Notes under the pieces: generated by a model | Database searches by the model: none | Seen by the model: only the letters and a program-made list of their open reading frames with translations | What the model was told of the DNA's origin: nothing | Position numbers and translations under genes: made by a program | Shown here: positions 60,571 to 64,000 of the stretch, piece after piece | Numbering within the stretch: position 1 is the first letter of the stretch | Layout: every line of letters begins with the position of its first letter | DNA from: an uncultured virus (IMG/VR IMGVR_UViG_3300042505_000808) | Lineage: Duplodnaviria; Heunggongvirae; Uroviricota; Caudoviricetes | DNA length: 64,000 nt | IMG/VR virus record: IMGVR_UViG_3300042505_000808 | Reading direction: 5' to 3' (one strand)

Positions 60571-63500
60571 CTAACCATTTAAAATTCGTACGGGATCGTT
60601 GATCGAAATATCTCCACGTGCATGCGCTCGTCTTACATCCTGTATATTCTGGAAAATCCTTAATGGTCGATCAGATTTACGAGAAGGATCTGTACCCATA
60701 AATAAACCACCAATGTACTCATTAGCAGGGGCATGCATTACAGACTTCATATCACCCACACTAAAAAGATTACGACTTGGCAATAAGCGGTCAAATGCTT
60801 CTTGCCTAGCTTTTTCCGTACTTGGCACATGATAGTTCATGGTGTCGCCATCAAAGTCAGCACCAAATCCCTTCACGATCAAAGGACTTACTTGTAGGGT
60901 ATTCCCTTTAGTCAATCTTGGCCTCATCGCCATAATCCCAAACTTATGCAAAACAGGAGCACGACTAATATATACAGGACGATGCTCCATCTCTTCAAGC
61001 AAGAATTTGCGTGCTACCGGAGTCTTATCTTCTAATTGAGTACGAGCCTGCAGCATCGACATGCCTTGTCGCACCAATCTTCTAGTAACAAATTTCTCAT
61101 AGACCTTAAATGCTTTATCTTCGGGCAGCCCTACCGAGTCCATGTCCAATTCCGGATTTGGAGTAATTACCGCTCGACCTACATTGTCTACCGTAGACGA
61201 AATCAGTTTGCGTTGTACAACCCCGAACTTAGGGCTTGCACCAAACACATTTTTTAAAGCCCCACGAACATTCTTCTCTTGGCTTTTTGCACTAATAGGA
61301 TCACCTAACCCAGTCACCGCTTTAAATGCTTGATAGGTAGAAAGACGCTCCGATCCCGAAGCTTCTTCCCCTACTTCTTGCTGCATTTTGCTAAAATTCT
61401 GATTAGCCTCAAACAGTTCTTTATAAAGGTGATTAGCGTCGTTAACCAATGGCATGCCATTGCTCATCAAGCTAACTGGACGAAACATTGGAGGAAGAAC
61501 TGGCACTTTGGTCAGCATGTAGTCCGCAGGCTTCAGCCCTAGTTTATGTGCAGATTTAAAATAGCTAAGCTTACGAATTGCGGCATCTCGTTGCGCCCCT
61601 CGCCCTGCGGCTATCATAGCTCGAGCTTTAGGGATTTCTGCTTCTGGATTAAGATTCTCTAATGCCTTTTGTAAAGCTTTCGTACCGGTGCCATATTTCT
61701 CTAAAAATTCTGTACCTGCCACAATGCCTTCAAACTTTTTCTGTGTTAGCCCAAGCATATGACGAATAGGTTCTTCCATTACTGGGTTAGGTAAAGGTTC
61801 GTGCAAACGCATAAACGACCAACGAGTGCCCCCGTGTCCACCAGTTTTAGCCTTGTCAAATAAGCCACCATTAATCTCTTTAAGCTGATTTCCCCATTCT
61901 ACTCCGTCTGCGCTGCTAAGCTCACGATCCCCAGCTAAGTTGTCAATGTCCTTGTCCGTCAATGCCATGATTTGAGTCTGCGTTCCTTGCTTAACCACAT
62001 TAACTCCAGCAGATTGCAGCTGGGCTACAAACTTCTGATAAGCAAAAGGAACTTTAGTAACCTTAGGGTTATACCCAGACATGTACTGCATCCAATAATC
62101 ATCATTCTTCTGCCTACGAATTGTAAAAATGTCCTGCAGTGTGTCCGTAGCTCCGTGAGAAAGTAATGCGTTGGCATCCATTAGCCCAATACGCTTAGAA
62201 CCTTCAACACCACCTTTAGCCGGTGCATCTTCCATCGTGTAAGCTCCACCACTTCTACCTTGTCCTTTAGACTCAGAGGTGTGATGCAGTTTCATGAAGA
62301 AACGATTACCCGTTGCCACATTTTTAATTTTTTGATCTTTAGATGGGTCTATAATGTCTTCTAAGTCCGACAAACCTTCCTTAGCTAATTCTTGCATAAC
62401 CCATTGAGTCATATCTTTTTTAGTGTCAAAATCATCCACCTTAATAGGCATGCCACGCTTAGCTGCTATTTTACCTAGAAACAATTCAGACATTTGAGCT
62501 GGGTTGGTTCGGCTAATAATCCCAAGAGGATTAAGAAGCACTTCAAAAGGTTGTTTATTTGAATCATGGGGCATTTCGCTATCTGGGATGATGTCAGCAA
62601 TAACACCTTTATCCCCATAACGACCCGACAGCTTATCTCCAACCTGCGTTGGCGATTCTGCCTTAACTACAACGACTGGACCTTTCTTACCCATTACCAC
62701 ATCAGTAACAACACCACTATCGTGATGCTGCCAAAGTACTGCTGCGTCGTTGAATCCAGATTGACCCTTCTTATGCACTTTGTTGTATACATTTTCCTTT
62801 TGTGTGATCCCCAATACCAAAGGATCTCCAAAGTTAACTACTGTACCAGGCTTGACCACTCCTTGATCGTCTATGTTCGCTAATATGTCTTTTTTAAAGG
62901 TAGCTGGAAATGCTTGAATAAATTGTCTTTTACCGACTTGTGTTTTGTCATCCACTTCCAACTCATGCTGGTACATATGGGAAGAAGCTGTCTTCTTTGC
63001 AAAGCTTTCTGAGATAACAACCGCATCTTCAAAGTTTTTACCCTGCCATGGGATATAGGCAGTGCGAGCATTTCGGCCTAAAGCCATTGTTCCAGTACTG
63101 TCCGTGAAGTTAGAGCTAGCTAATAACTGATTTGGTCTAAATGTGTCACCGGGTTTAACTGCGGCAGTTTGATGAAAAAAGGTTTTACGATTGAAAGGAA
63201 AATTATGATAAAGTTCGTGCGTTTCTTCTGTTCCGTCTGCATTACGCACTTTAATCTCTTCATCCGTCACCGAGGTAACTGTACCTCCTTGTGTTGCCCT
63301 TAAAGCTCCCATCCCAGATGAGTATAGCTCTTCATAACTTTGTTTACCGCCTGTGTGCGGAACTGCAGACTGTACCAAAGGAGCTTCAGGAGAAGCTAAA
63401 GGTAATGCTTGTGTGGTCATACGAGATGCCATCACTAATCGCTGACCTTTTACCTGACTCTTCATGGGGATGACATTAGAAAGAGGATTAAATGCTTCTT

Positions 63501-63999
63501 CCATGTCAGGAAGCTCTAAATCAATGCTTGATTTAGGTACATGTAACATCTTACCGCCACGCATCGCCACTACACGGGCATCTTCACCATCTTGGCTTCC
63601 GGGAAAACCAACGGTTAAGTCTGCTACATCTTGAGGAGTTTTAAAAGTCATTTCCCCGCTACGCAGATCCTTAAACTGAGCATAGAGCTTACCATCGCTT
63701 CCTTTACGAGATCCCCTAGCTAGATATGTGTCCACCCCTACACGACCCGACTCGGGAGTACGCACAGGATCCACATAACCCAACATGCTTGACTGTACAT
63801 TTCTGGATTCCATGGGAATTGCATCCATAGAACCAATACCACCCTCACCCACTCGAGTAACAGACATTGTCTTTTCATAAATGTCTGTAGGATTAATTTC
63901 TTCAATCGCTTGCCCTAGCCCGCTACCGAGCAAAGCACTTTTTAACTGTTTTTCTAATGCTGAAGACGGCATCGAATCCAAATTACCTTTGCCTGACAT
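60571..63999 (-). CDS. rpoBC: RNA polymerase beta (C-terminal half)-beta' (N-terminal half) fusion, probably 5'-truncated by the window edge
   Basis: Beta motifs RTPESG, RMTTQALPL, NFEDAVVIS, GDKLSGRYGDKG, LNPLGIISR, MKLHH; then beta' motifs VPVLPPMFRP, GRAVI, RAPVLHK and catalytic ADFDGD (DFDGD at 60844-60858). Confidence 0.92.
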   Translation of the reverse strand: MSGKGNLDSMPSSALEKQLKSALLGSGLGQAIEEINPTDIYEKTMSVTRVGEGGIGSMDAIPMESRNVQSSMLGYVDPVRTPESGRVGVDTYLARGSRKGSDGKLYAQFKDLRSGEMTFKTPQDVADLTVGFPGSQDGEDARVVAMRGGKMLHVPKSSIDLELPDMEEAFNPLSNVIPMKSQVKGQRLVMASRMTTQALPLASPEAPLVQSAVPHTGGKQSYEELYSSGMGALRATQGGTVTSVTDEEIKVRNADGTEETHELYHNFPFNRKTFFHQTAAVKPGDTFRPNQLLASSNFTDSTGTMALGRNARTAYIPWQGKNFEDAVVISESFAKKTASSHMYQHELEVDDKTQVGKRQFIQAFPATFKKDILANIDDQGVVKPGTVVNFGDPLVLGITQKENVYNKVHKKGQSGFNDAAVLWQHHDSGVVTDVVMGKKGPVVVVKAESPTQVGDKLSGRYGDKGVIADIIPDSEMPHDSNKQPFEVLLNPLGIISRTNPAQMSELFLGKIAAKRGMPIKVDDFDTKKDMTQWVMQELAKEGLSDLEDIIDPSKDQKIKNVATGNRFFMKLHHTSESKGQGRSGGAYTMEDAPAKGGVEGSKRIGLMDANALLSHGATDTLQDIFTIRRQKNDDYWMQYMSGYNPKVTKVPFAYQKFVAQLQSAGVNVVKQGTQTQIMALTDKDIDNLAGDRELSSADGVEWGNQLKEINGGLFDKAKTGGHGGTRWSFMRLHEPLPNPVMEEPIRHMLGLTQKKFEGIVAGTEFLEKYGTGTKALQKALENLNPEAEIPKARAMIAAGRGAQRDAAIRKLSYFKSAHKLGLKPADYMLTKVPVLPPMFRPVSLMSNGMPLVNDANHLYKELFEANQNFSKMQQEVGEEASGSERLSTYQAFKAVTGLGDPISAKSQEKNVRGALKNVFGASPKFGVVQRKLISSTVDNVGRAVITPNPELDMDSVGLPEDKAFKVYEKFVTRRLVRQGMSMLQARTQLEDKTPVARKFLLEEMEHRPVYISRAPVLHKFGIMAMRPRLTKGNTLQVSPLIVKGFGADFDGDTMNYHVPSTEKARQEAFDRLLPSRNLFSVGDMKSVMHAPANEYIGGLFMGTDPSRKSDRPLRIFQNIQDVRRAHARGDISINDPVRILNG

Positions 64000-64000
64000 C

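Noticed and set aside
5499..63473. Many short plus-strand and nested ORFs in the track
   Set aside because: They lie antisense to or inside long minus-strand genes and show no recognisable motifs
54988..63999. Host chromosomal rpoBC locus
   Set aside because: No ribosomal protein neighbours; strong divergence and loss of zinc sites; contiguous with capsid and tail genes
60571..63999. Intein or intron in the RNAP genes
   Set aside because: No Cys-start/His-Asn-end splicing motifs or homing-endonuclease motifs seen; conserved motifs are compactly spaced
1..64000. tRNA, rRNA, integrase, transposase, portal or terminase genes
   Set aside because: None recognised. Intergenic gaps are short and no diagnostic motifs were seen, though a divergent portal among the unassigned head ORFs cannot be excluded.

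Overview
This window is a segment of a large contractile-tailed (myovirus-like, probably jumbo) phage genome. Essentially all real genes are on the minus strand in a tightly packed run, with SD motifs and ATGA overlaps, and the standard genetic code fits. In transcription order (right to left) it holds: (1) a bacterial-type multisubunit RNA polymerase. The C-terminal half of beta is fused to the catalytic N-terminal half of beta' (DFDGD), and the rest of beta' is a separate gene with a 650-aa low-complexity extension. (2) Putative inner-head proteins, an HK97-type prohead protease, scaffold, decoration and major capsid genes. (3) A GT2 glycosyltransferase and neck genes. (4) Tail sheath, tube, spike-like protein, chaperones with a clean -1 slippery site, tape measure and baseplate genes, with a sigma70-family factor embedded among them. 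(5) A matrixin/papain/membrane-protein cassette. (6) Five paralogous Cys-rich tail proteins and a >=1525-aa segmented collagen fibre that the ORF track missed. The most notable signal is that both RNAP polypeptides, the sigma factor and the tape measure contain no cysteine, and both beta' zinc sites are gone. A K-x-A motif recurs through the head-region proteins and also sits at the junction between beta' and its extension. Together these suggest a virion-packaged, protease-matured, injected bacterial-type RNAP-sigma system. That is an inference from motifs read by eye; no database searches were run.
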